DNA from: an uncultured Myxococcales bacterium
GTDB lineage: Bacteria > Desulfobacterota > Binatia > UBA1149 > CAYXZP01
Assembly: GCA_964469485.1 (NCBI GenBank)
Contig: CAYXZP010000002.1
Coordinates: 1 to 60,655, forward strand
Direction of reading: 5' to 3'
Length of the DNA stretch: 60,655 nt
The notes under the pieces were generated by a model that saw only the letters and a list, made by a program, of their open reading frames with translations, ran no database searches and was not told the DNA's origin. Of this stretch, positions 50,979 through 59,400 are shown piece by piece. Numbering within the stretch: position 1 is the stretch's first letter; every line of letters starts with the position of its first letter. A program made the translations under genes and the position numbers.

Positions 50979-51035
50979 GGGCTAGTAGCCGGTCGCGGTT
51001 TGCACCACGCCCTGTCGGCTATTACAAGGCCCGCG

Positions 51036-51962
51036 ATGCTGGCGGCGGCCGACGAGGGACTCCACGACTGGCCGCGCGAGCCGGGCAGCACCTGGAAAGA
51101 GAACTACTACTGGAACCTTGCCGACCGGCGGGCCGGTGTCTGGGGCTTCGCCCACATATCGCTGGTGCGCACGGCCGGCCAGGCGGTCTTCTCGACCGCC
51201 TACATGATCGACGGCCGTGTGAGGTTTCACCGCAACGAGGTCGCGATTGGCGCTAGGGATGTCCACCTCGACGACGGCACGCTGTCGGTGGAGGTCGTGG
51301 AACCCTTCGAGCATCACCGTGTGCGGGTTACCTCGGACGATTACCGCCTCGAGCTTGATTACAAGGCCCGTTTCGAGGCTTTCAGTTACTCCGGTCGGCG
51401 CATTGCCGCCAACCGCGCTCGTATCCCGCACTTGCGGCAGCGCCGTTATGAACAAGGGATGGAGGTCAGCGGCACCTGTACGCTCGGTGACAAGGATGGC
51501 AAGGGTGGCCGGCGGATCTCCATCGACTGCCTCGGACACAGGGACCACTCTTGGGGCAGGCGCGAGGAGAGCAAGATCGACGGTTGGAACTGGGCCGCGG
51601 TACAGTTGCCCGAGAAGACCATCAACATCACCCGTTCCTTCAGCGGTGACGCATACAACATGAACGGCTTCATATCGTCCGCGGCGGGCAACGTGGGTGT
51701 GAACGAGGTCGAATTCGAGACCCTCGAGACCGAGGACGACGGCCGTACCCCGGTGGCGACCCGTTACCGCTTCCGTGACGATTCCGGTCGAGCCTGGACC
51801 TTGGTGTCCAGGAGATTCTCCGATCTCTTCGAGACCGTGCGCGCCGAACGTGATCGGCAGTCGACGGTGATATACGAGAACTTCGCCGACTATGTGCTGG
51901 AAGAGACCGGTGAGATCGGTTGGGGCATAGACGAATACCAGCGGCACCGGACAACGGCGTGA
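51036..51962 (+). CDS. Conserved hypothetical protein, possibly CrtC/AttH-like hydratase fold
   Basis: Balanced composition, unlike the Arg-rich antisense ORF 50982-51947. The 'LGHRDHSWGRR' motif is reminiscent of the D-H-x-W-G of CrtC/AttH-like proteins. Its stop overlaps the next start (GTGA). Confidence 0.6.
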   Translation: MLAAADEGLHDWPREPGSTWKENYYWNLADRRAGVWGFAHISLVRTAGQAVFSTAYMIDGRVRFHRNEVAIGARDVHLDDGTLSVEVVEPFEHHRVRVTSDDYRLELDYKARFEAFSYSGRRIAANRARIPHLRQRRYEQGMEVSGTCTLGDKDGKGGRRISIDCLGHRDHSWGRREESKIDGWNWAAVQLPEKTINITRSFSGDAYNMNGFISSAAGNVGVNEVEFETLETEDDGRTPVATRYRFRDDSGRAWTLVSRRFSDLFETVRAERDRQSTVIYENFADYVLEETGEIGWGIDEYQRHRTTA

Positions 51963-52807
51963 ACTACCAAGAGATCGAGTACGATGTCGCTGGCGGGGTT
52001 GCCACCGTCACCTTCAACCGTCCCGGCCGGCTAAACGCACTGACCCTGAGAACGACGGCGGAACTGCGCGACGCCGTACTGGCGGCAGAGGCCGACGAAG
52101 AGGCTCGCGTGATCGTGATAACCGGTGCCGGGCGCGGCTTCTCGGCCGGCGCCGACATTGCCTCGCTCGGGGCCCTGGCCGACGGCGAGCCTCACCGGCT
52201 CGCCGGGGAAGCCGGGGAATACGGTCGATCGGCCGCCGACCGTGACCTCCATGGCCGCGACGGCGCACGAGAGGACTTCCGCCGCGAGCACAGCTTCCTG
52301 CCGGGAGTGGCCAAGCCCGTCGTTGCCGGGATCAACGGACCGGCCGCCGGTTTGGGCCTGGTGATAGCCCTGTATGCCGATATACGCATCGCCTCCGAGC
52401 ACGCGCGCTTCACGACGGCTTTTGCCAAGCGCGGCCTGGTCGCCGAATATGGGTTGGCCTGGATACTGCCACGCTTGGTCGGTCTCGGGCAGGCCATCGA
52501 TCTGACCTTCAGCAGCCGTATCATAGACGCTGAAGAGGCCCTGCGCATCGGCCTGGTCAGCCGCGTCATTTCTCACGACAACTTCTCGGCCGCATTACAC
52601 GACATCGCCTCGGACCTTGCGCACCGGTCCTCGCCGCGCTCGCTGCGCGTGATGAAGAAGCAATTCTACGATGCCCAGTTCGAGCCTTTGGCCGAGGCCT
52701 ACGACAAGGCGATCGCCGAGATGTTGGAGAGCTTCGGGTCCGAGGACTTCCGTGAGGGCGTCGCCCACTGGCAGCAAAAGCGCGAGCCGTCCTTCACCGG
52801 CAAGTAG
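51959..52807 (+). CDS. Enoyl-CoA hydratase/isomerase (crotonase) family protein
   Basis: 'VATVTFNRPGRLNALT', 'VIVITGAGRGFSAGADI' and 'PVVAGINGPAAGLG'. GTG 51959. Confidence 0.85.
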   Translation: MNYQEIEYDVAGGVATVTFNRPGRLNALTLRTTAELRDAVLAAEADEEARVIVITGAGRGFSAGADIASLGALADGEPHRLAGEAGEYGRSAADRDLHGRDGAREDFRREHSFLPGVAKPVVAGINGPAAGLGLVIALYADIRIASEHARFTTAFAKRGLVAEYGLAWILPRLVGLGQAIDLTFSSRIIDAEEALRIGLVSRVISHDNFSAALHDIASDLAHRSSPRSLRVMKKQFYDAQFEPLAEAYDKAIAEMLESFGSEDFREGVAHWQQKREPSFTGK

Positions 52808-52808
52808 G

Positions 52809-53585
52809 GTGGAACTTGATGGGAAGCGCGCGATCGTCACCGGCGGCGGTACCGGTGTGGGCCGCGAGACCGCCCTCGAGCTGGCCCGCCGCGGTTGTTC
52901 GGTACTCATAAACTACAGCCGTTCCCGCGCCGAGGCCGAGGCCACGGCCTCCGAGATCGAGGCGCTCGGGGTCGGGGCGGTGGCCATGCTCGCCGACGTT
53001 GCCGATGACGCGGCCTGCCGGGCCATGGTCGGACGCGCCACGGACGGGTTCGGCGGTCTCGACGTGCTGGTCAACAATGCCGGCACCACCCGTTTCATCG
53101 AATGGAACGATCTCGAAGCGGTAAGGACCGAGGATTGGGAGCGCATCTTCGCCGTCAACCTGCGCGGTGTCTTCCAGTGCATACGCGCGGCCCGCACGGC
53201 GCTGGCCGGCCAGGGGGGCGGGGAGATCGTCAACGTGGCCAGTCTGGCCGGAATATCGGGGGGCGGCAGCTCGATACCCTATGCCACCTCGAAGGCGGCC
53301 GTGATCGCGCTTACCCAGGGCCTGGCGCCGACGCTCGGACCCGAGATCCGCATCAACGCGGTCGCGCCGGGCTTCATAACCGGACGCTGGTTGGGGCGTG
53401 GGCTCGGCGATGCCTACGAACCGGTAAAGGACCTCATGAGCCAGCGGGCGCCGGCCGGACGGGTCTGCGACCCTTCCGATGTCGCCGCGGCCATAGTCGC
53501 GCTCATTGCCGGTTCCGACATGGTAAGCGGCCAGACCGTCGTGGTCGACGGCGGTGTGCACGCGGTCGGGCCTCTCTCGCTCTGA
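52809..53585 (+). CDS. SDR-family oxidoreductase (FabG-like)
   Basis: GTG 52809, 1 nt after the upstream TAG. 'AIVTGGGTGVGRE', 'NNAG' and 'YATSKAAV'. Confidence 0.85.
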   Translation: MELDGKRAIVTGGGTGVGRETALELARRGCSVLINYSRSRAEAEATASEIEALGVGAVAMLADVADDAACRAMVGRATDGFGGLDVLVNNAGTTRFIEWNDLEAVRTEDWERIFAVNLRGVFQCIRAARTALAGQGGGEIVNVASLAGISGGGSSIPYATSKAAVIALTQGLAPTLGPEIRINAVAPGFITGRWLGRGLGDAYEPVKDLMSQRAPAGRVCDPSDVAAAIVALIAGSDMVSGQTVVVDGGVHAVGPLSL

Positions 53586-53604
53586 GCCAGCGCGCGCCGG
53601 ACGC

Positions 53605-54396
53605 TTACCCGAAGAACGAGGTGAGTTCCGTGATGAAGGTCTCTTCCTTCTCGAACGGCAACATGTGACCGCATTCCGGCACCACGACCAACTCGGCATC
53701 CGGTATCAGCTCGGCGAAGCGCCGGCCGTAGTCTGTGGCCACGACGCGGTCGTCGTCGCCCCACAGACATAGCGTCTTGGCGCTTACGCGACCCAGCAGG
53801 CTCTCGAGGGCCGGGTCGTGCAGCAGCGGGTTCCAGCCTATGCGAGCGGTCGCGGCCAGACCCTTCATGACCTCGGCGAGGACCTCGTCGGGAACCTCCT
53901 CGAAGGGCTGCGCCATCATCTGCGCCACGGGGTTGTCGGTGTCGTGGAACAGCAACTTTGGCAGCCGTTCGGGAAAACGGCTGTCGAGCGCGAAGATATC
54001 GGCGATCGGTCTGTCGGGCAGCCATATACCGACCGAGGATACCAGGGCCAGCTTACGGACCCGTTCGGGATAGCGGGCCGCGATCTCGGCCGCTATCCAA
54101 CCTCCGAGGGAAAGGCCCACTACATCGACGCTGTCCCACCCCAACTCGTCCATGTAGCTGAGGTAGTGATGGACGAGGTCGATGACACCCGTGATGCTGT
54201 CGAGACCGTCGGAGCCGAGGAAGCCGGGGTGGGCCGGAGCGTGAAGCTCGTAGCGTTCGGCCAGGCGGGTCAGGTGCGGCATCCAGGTCGCCTCTCCCAT
54301 CGCGCTGTGAAGATAGAGAAGCGGGCGGCCGCTGCCGCCGCGGATCTCTTCGACCCTGCGCCCGGCCACGGAAAGCGTCGTCTGTGTCGCTTCCAT
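53605..54396 (-). CDS. Alpha/beta-fold hydrolase
   Basis: ATG 54396 ('MEATQTTLSVAGRRVE'). Nucleophile elbow 'VVGLSLGGWIA'. 2 nt after the upstream gene's stop. Confidence 0.8.
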   Translation of the reverse strand: MEATQTTLSVAGRRVEEIRGGSGRPLLYLHSAMGEATWMPHLTRLAERYELHAPAHPGFLGSDGLDSITGVIDLVHHYLSYMDELGWDSVDVVGLSLGGWIAAEIAARYPERVRKLALVSSVGIWLPDRPIADIFALDSRFPERLPKLLFHDTDNPVAQMMAQPFEEVPDEVLAEVMKGLAATARIGWNPLLHDPALESLLGRVSAKTLCLWGDDDRVVATDYGRRFAELIPDAELVVVPECGHMLPFEKEETFITELTSFFG

Positions 54397-54398
54397 TC

Positions 54399-55595
54399 TC
54401 AGGCGGCGTCGGGGAAGGGGATCGGCGCCGGCATCGCCTCGCCGGCGTTCGGTATGGCGGCGTTCACCCTCGGCATGACCTCTTCGGCGTAGCGGCGGGC
54501 GTTCTCCATGGCCTTGGCGGCGGGCATGTTGCCGAGTTGGAAGAGGCCAAGCATGTTGCCGCAACCGATGTCCTTGGAGTGTTCTATGATCTTTTCGGCC
54601 ACGGTCTCCACGCTTCCGCAGAGCGCGTAGCATCCGGCTTCGACGTCGTCCCAGCTCTCGACGCTATTTACGAAGGTATGGCCGTCGGTCAAGGCCCGTC
54701 GGATGCGCAGGGCGGACTGCACCGAGGTATAGCCGGGCGGTGACAGCGTGAGGCCCGGAATAAGTTTCTTCTGGAAATACCAGAAGTGTTCCTCGAACTC
54801 CTCGCGTGCCTTTGCGTCGGTCTCGGCGACATAGATCGGCATGAGAAGTCCCATCTGTTCGGGGTGCGCCTTGTATCCTTCCTTCTCGCAGATATCGCGG
54901 AACATCGCGTAGTTCTTCTTGAAGAAGTCGATGTGGAAATACGGTATGCCCATGTAGGCGTAACGGTGGCGCGCCACGAACTCCATGGTCTCCACCGAAC
55001 CCGCCCCGGGTATCCACACTGGCGGGTGGGGTTTCTGTAACGGCTTTGGCCAGACGTTGACGTAGCGCAGTTTGTAGTACTCGCCGTAGTGTTCGAAGGG
55101 CCCCGGCTCGGTCCACGCCCGCATGATGAGCTCGTGGGCCTCGGCGAAGCGGGCGCGCGCCTCGGTGGGGTTTATCGAGAAGGAGAAATATTCCGGGCCG
55201 CCGCCTATGACCTGCCCGGAGATGATGCGGCCGCCCGAGATAACGTCGAGCATGGCGATCTCTTCGGCCACGCGTGTGGGCGGGTTGTAGAGGGGAAGGG
55301 CGTTGCCGACTATGGCGATCTTGATGCGCTCGGTGCGCTGCACGAGCATGGCCGCGATGATGTTGGGGGAGGGCATGAGCCCGTAGGCGTTCTGATGATG
55401 CTCGTTGACGCACACGCCGTCGAAGCCGAAGGTCTCGGAGGCGGCCAGTTGATCGATGTACTCGTTGTAGTAGACCGCGCCCTTGTCGGGCTCGAACAGC
55501 TCGTTGGGCACCCACACCCACGCCGAATCGTGTTTTTCCTCGAAGTCGGGCGGAAGATCGCGGTAGGGCATGAGGTGAAAGAGGAAATGTTTCAT
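54399..55595 (-). CDS. Luciferase-like (LLM-class) flavin/F420-dependent oxidoreductase
   Basis: ATG 55595 ('MKHFLFHLMPYRDLP'). 'FGFDGVCVNEHHQNAYGLMPSPN' is typical of LLM enzymes. Confidence 0.8.
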   Translation of the reverse strand: MKHFLFHLMPYRDLPPDFEEKHDSAWVWVPNELFEPDKGAVYYNEYIDQLAASETFGFDGVCVNEHHQNAYGLMPSPNIIAAMLVQRTERIKIAIVGNALPLYNPPTRVAEEIAMLDVISGGRIISGQVIGGGPEYFSFSINPTEARARFAEAHELIMRAWTEPGPFEHYGEYYKLRYVNVWPKPLQKPHPPVWIPGAGSVETMEFVARHRYAYMGIPYFHIDFFKKNYAMFRDICEKEGYKAHPEQMGLLMPIYVAETDAKAREEFEEHFWYFQKKLIPGLTLSPPGYTSVQSALRIRRALTDGHTFVNSVESWDDVEAGCYALCGSVETVAEKIIEHSKDIGCGNMLGLFQLGNMPAAKAMENARRYAEEVMPRVNAAIPNAGEAMPAPIPFPDAA

Positions 55596-55731
55596 GCCGC
55601 GAGGATGAATACGCGAGCGGCCCGTCTGAGTCGAGCCGTTAGGGCCGTTCGTTGTTACGCGTAGGCGGGGTCTGTATTGTTGCGGCACTCGGGGCCGGCC
55701 GCCTCGCTTCGAAAGGGGGAAACAAATAGCG

Positions 55732-56931
55732 ATGTTCTTCGAAATGTCCGAGCGTGCCACCGAGATCCTCGACCACGTGAAGTCCTTCATGGACGAGCAC
55801 GTTTACCCCAACGAACAACGTATCCACGACCAGCTCGAAGAGGGCGATCGCTGGCAGGTCCCGGCCCTTGTCGAAGAACTCAAGACAAAGGCGCGAGCCG
55901 AGGGTCTGTGGAACCTTTTCCTGCCCGAGAGCGAGCATGGCGCCGGTCTGAACAACCTCGAGTACGCGCCCATGGCCGAACAGATGGGACGTTCCTACTG
56001 GGCTTCCGAGATATTCAACTGCTCGGCGCCCGACACCGGCAACATGGAGGTGCTGGCCAGGTACGGGAGCGAAGAACAGAAAAAGCAGTGGCTCGAACCC
56101 TTGCTCGACGGTGAGATCCGGTCCTGCTTCGCGATGACCGAACCCGCGGTGGCCTCATCGGACGCGACCAACATCCGCTCGACGATCACGCGCGATGGCG
56201 ACGAGTACGTCATCAACGGGCGCAAGTGGTGGACCTCGGGTGCGGGCGACCCGCGCTGCAAGGTGGCGATCTTCATGGGCCAGACCGACGCCGAAGCCGG
56301 TCCCTACGAGAGGCAGTCGATGGTCCTGGTGCCGATGGACACGGCGGGCCTCAACATCGAGCGCATGCTGACGGTCTTCGGTTACGACGACGCGCCGCAC
56401 GGTCATGCGGAGGTCGAGTTCAAGGACGTGCGCGTGCCCGCGTCCAGCATCATTCTCGGCGAGGGCCGCGGTTTCGAGATCGCCCAAGGCCGTCTCGGTC
56501 CCGGCCGTATCCACCACTGTATGCGTTGCGTCGGCGTTGCCGAGCGTGCGCTCGAGGCGATGTGCCGGCGTGCCAAGGAACGGGTGGCCTTCGGGCGGCC
56601 TCTGGCCGAGATGGGGGTGGTCCGCGAGCAGATCGCGCGATCGCGGATGGATATAGAACAGGCCCGGCTGCTGACACTCAAAGCCGCTTACATGATGGAC
56701 AGCGTCGGCAACAAGGCCGCGCGCTCCGAAATTGCCCAGATAAAGGTCGTTGCCCCCGCCGCGGCGCTCCGTGTTGTCGACCGCGCCATACAGGTGCACG
56801 GCGGCGGAGGCGTGAGCGGTGACTTCGGATTGGCCCGCTCCTGGGCCGGGCTGAGGACCCTGCGTCTTGCCGATGGCCCCGACGAGGTGCACACGGCCCA
56901 GATCGGCCGTCTCGAACTAAAGCGACACTGA
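55732..56931 (+). CDS. Acyl-CoA dehydrogenase, ACAD10/11 (FadE2)-like
   Basis: '[30 protein letters not shown]', '[17 protein letters not shown]' and '[11 protein letters not shown]'. AGGGGGA lies 11 nt upstream of the ATG. Confidence 0.9.
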   Translation: MFFEMSERATEILDHVKSFMDEHVYPNEQRIHDQLEEGDRWQVPALVEELKTKARAEGLWNLFLPESEHGAGLNNLEYAPMAEQMGRSYWASEIFNCSAPDTGNMEVLARYGSEEQKKQWLEPLLDGEIRSCFAMTEPAVASSDATNIRSTITRDGDEYVINGRKWWTSGAGDPRCKVAIFMGQTDAEAGPYERQSMVLVPMDTAGLNIERMLTVFGYDDAPHGHAEVEFKDVRVPASSIILGEGRGFEIAQGRLGPGRIHHCMRCVGVAERALEAMCRRAKERVAFGRPLAEMGVVREQIARSRMDIEQARLLTLKAAYMMDSVGNKAARSEIAQIKVVAPAAALRVVDRAIQVHGGGGVSGDFGLARSWAGLRTLRLADGPDEVHTAQIGRLELKRH

Positions 56932-56998
56932 GGACCCGGTCGTCGGTCCGCATCTGGCCATAGTCGCCGCCGCCCTGCTGTTCTCGACGGGCGGGGCC

Positions 56999-57811
56999 GT
57001 GATCAAGCTCGCTTCGCTCGATGCCTGGCAGATAGCCGGCTTCCGTTCGGTGCTGGCGGCACTTGTGCTGTCGGGCCTCATGCCCGGCGGTCCGTTACGC
57101 TGGCGCCCGCGCGAGCTGGCCGTGGCGCTGGCATACGCGGGGGCGATGATCTTCTATGTCGCGGCCAACAGGCTTACCACGGCCGCCAACACTATATTCC
57201 TGCAGTCGACCGCACCGCTTTACGTCCTGCTCATCGGCCCGTTCTTGTTACGCGAGCGGCTGGGGCCCAAGGACATACCCTTCATTGCCGTCGTGGTGGC
57301 CGGCATGCTCGGCTTCTTTCTCGGAACCCCTCGGGTCTATGCGACCGCGCCCGATCCTTCCACCGGCAACATCCTTGCGGCCACGAGCGGCTTGTTGTGG
57401 GCCTTTACGATCTCGGGGATCCGCTGGCTGGCCAGAAGCGAGGGCGACCTGGGTCGGGCCGGTCTGAGAACGGCGCTGGTGGCCGGCAACGTCATGACAG
57501 CCGTCCTGTGCCTCCCCTTCGCGTTCCCGGTACGCGGGGCCGCTTTCGGGGATTTTGCGATCGTGACTTATCTGGGGCTCTTCCAGGTCGGGCTGGCCTA
57601 TGTCTTCCTGGCGCACGGCGTGCGCAAGGTCACCGCGCTGGAGGTATCGCTGCTGCTGCTCATCGAGCCGGTGGCCAACTCGTTGTGGGCCTGGCTCGTA
57701 CACGGCGAACTGTTGAGCGCGTGGGGCATGGCCGGGGCCCTGCTCATCCTCGGAGCGACGGCCGCTCGCGCCCTGGGTCCTGCACAAAAAAGTGGGGCGG
57801 CTCCCTTTTAA
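56999..57811 (+). CDS. EamA/DMT-family transporter (start codon unclear)
   Basis: Polytopic protein with two EamA-like halves. The first helix ('LAIVAAALLFSTGGAVIKL') begins upstream of the first canonical start (GTG 56999). Confidence 0.7.
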   Translation: MIKLASLDAWQIAGFRSVLAALVLSGLMPGGPLRWRPRELAVALAYAGAMIFYVAANRLTTAANTIFLQSTAPLYVLLIGPFLLRERLGPKDIPFIAVVVAGMLGFFLGTPRVYATAPDPSTGNILAATSGLLWAFTISGIRWLARSEGDLGRAGLRTALVAGNVMTAVLCLPFAFPVRGAAFGDFAIVTYLGLFQVGLAYVFLAHGVRKVTALEVSLLLLIEPVANSLWAWLVHGELLSAWGMAGALLILGATAARALGPAQKSGAAPF

Positions 57812-57826
57812 AGGATACCGCCCCAC
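57792..57826 (+). terminator. Long imperfect hairpin spanning the EamA stop codon
   Basis: GTGGGGCGG (57792-57800) pairs with CCGCCCCAC (57818-57826), with an inner CCTT-TTA-AAGG. No U-tract follows. Confidence 0.35.
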
Positions 57827-58009
57827 CAGGCTGGAGGAAGATGCGACGAGTGTGTCTCGCCGATCTCGTTCGTCCCCGGACAGCTATAGCATCGGCCGGG
57901 CTGGAAAAGATACTGGGAATTTCCCAGGGGTTGCTACGGGAAAACCCTTAGCTGCTCCTCGGTGCGGCGGCGCTTGCATCTCGTTTGCTGCGTCGAACAT
58001 ATAAGAAGG

Positions 58010-58813
58010 ATGAGCAAGCTCGTCATGGTGACCGGTGCCGCTAGCGGCATAGGCGCGGCTATTGCCGAGGCCGCGGGCCGGGCCGGTTATCGTGTTGTCC
58101 TGGCCGACATCGACGAGGCCGCCGCCGAGGCCCGGGCGGCCGCCTTGGCCGGGCCTTGCCGGGCCCTCGGCCTTGACGTTCGCCGGCCGGAGGCCTGGGC
58201 AAAGGCTCTGGAGGACCTGTCGGGACACGAGGGACTGCCCGACGTACTGGTCAACAACGCCGGCCTCGCCCACAGCGGGCGGGCCGAGCAGATGGGCGCT
58301 GACGCGCACCGCCACATGATCGAGGTCAACCTGCTCGGCGTCATCAACGGTACCACGGCCCTGCTGCCGGCCATGCTCGAGCGAGCAAGCGGCCACATCA
58401 TAAACATCGCCAGCCTGGCCTCCTTCGTTCCGATGCCGGGCCTTGCCACCTATTCGGCCACCAAGCATGCGGTGCGTGCCTTCACCAATGCCGTGGCCCT
58501 GGAGCAGGCTGGCTCAAAGGTCGCTTTTACCGTTGTGTGCCCAGGACCGGTGGACACGCCGATGCTCGCTCGGCAGATAGACGACGATATGGCGGCGCTG
58601 TCCTTTGCCGACTCCCCCATACCGGCGGTCGCGATAGCACAAGCGGTATTGCGGGCGATGGTAACGCGGCCCCGGGAGGTCCTGGTACCGGCCGCTCGCG
58701 GGCGGCTGCTCAGTATCGCGGGCCTCTTCCCCGGCCTTGTCGCTCGCATGTTGCCTTTGGCCTGGCGCCGCGGCCGCCGGCAACTGGACCGCCTGCGGGA
58801 TGGAGACCGTTGA
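58010..58813 (+). CDS. SDR-family oxidoreductase
   Basis: ATG 58010 ('MSKLVMVTGAASGIGAAIA'), 'NNAG' and 'YSATKHAV'. Confidence 0.85.
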   Translation: MSKLVMVTGAASGIGAAIAEAAGRAGYRVVLADIDEAAAEARAAALAGPCRALGLDVRRPEAWAKALEDLSGHEGLPDVLVNNAGLAHSGRAEQMGADAHRHMIEVNLLGVINGTTALLPAMLERASGHIINIASLASFVPMPGLATYSATKHAVRAFTNAVALEQAGSKVAFTVVCPGPVDTPMLARQIDDDMAALSFADSPIPAVAIAQAVLRAMVTRPREVLVPAARGRLLSIAGLFPGLVARMLPLAWRRGRRQLDRLRDGDR

Positions 58814-59400
58814 GTCCGGCCGGCCGCCTTGTTCTCCCCCTGGTGGTCGCCGGAGCGCTGACGTCACTGTCGTGTACGCCCGTGACCTCGGGCGCGCTCG
58901 AACTCGACAAGGGCTTTAGCGAAACCGGTGTCGAGGGCCGCATAGTCGTCATGAGGGTCGAGGATGCCCGGCGCGGGCGCTTCGAGTTGGTGGGCGTCGA
59001 ACAGGATGTCCACAAAGCGGCGATGAGATTGCTGCCGGCCAAGGGTTACCCCGTGCTGAGCTACCGGATCGAGGTCAGACCGCAGGAGCGCGAAAGCGCC
59101 CGCTCCGACCGCGCGGCCAGACTCTACATCTCTGTCGAGGAAGCGGCTGTCGAGGACAGCGAGCGTGGTCGCGTTTACCGTGTTCGTGTGTCGGCTCGTC
59201 TGGTCGGGCCGGACTCGGTGCTGTGGCGGGACTCTGCGGTGGGACGTTCGGGCTTCTCGGGGCTCTTGGTCGCGCTGTCACGGCCGTCGAGCCGTTACGA
59301 GGCCGCCCACGAGGCGGTTGCCGACCTGTTTGACACCCTGCCCCCCAAGCCTGCCGGCGCAGCGGGCGGTCCGGCGCTCAGCCCGGCAAGTAATCTATAG
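58810..59400 (+). CDS. Putative lipoprotein (about 196 aa)
   Basis: TTG 58810 overlaps the upstream TGA (TTGA). 'LVLPLVVAGALTSLSC' is a lipobox-like signal. High GC3 in this frame. The 3' end overlaps the convergent DUF1501 gene by 23 nt. Confidence 0.5.
   Translation: MSPAGRLVLPLVVAGALTSLSCTPVTSGALELDKGFSETGVEGRIVVMRVEDARRGRFELVGVEQDVHKAAMRLLPAKGYPVLSYRIEVRPQERESARSDRAARLYISVEEAAVEDSERGRVYRVRVSARLVGPDSVLWRDSAVGRSGFSGLLVALSRPSSRYEAAHEAVADLFDTLPPKPAGAAGGPALSPASNL

Noticed and set aside
50982-51947. 321-aa minus-strand ORF competing with 51036-51962 (+).
   Set aside because: The plus-strand product has balanced composition (W, Y, F, D, E, N), is translationally coupled to the next gene, and fits the operon direction. 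The minus product is Arg/Gly/Val-rich.
58537-58809. Long 5' extension of the lipoprotein ORF (listed start 58537).
   Set aside because: The extension overlaps the SDR gene 58010-58813 in another frame and is Arg/Gly/Pro-rich. TTG 58810, coupled to the SDR stop, gives a sensible signal peptide.
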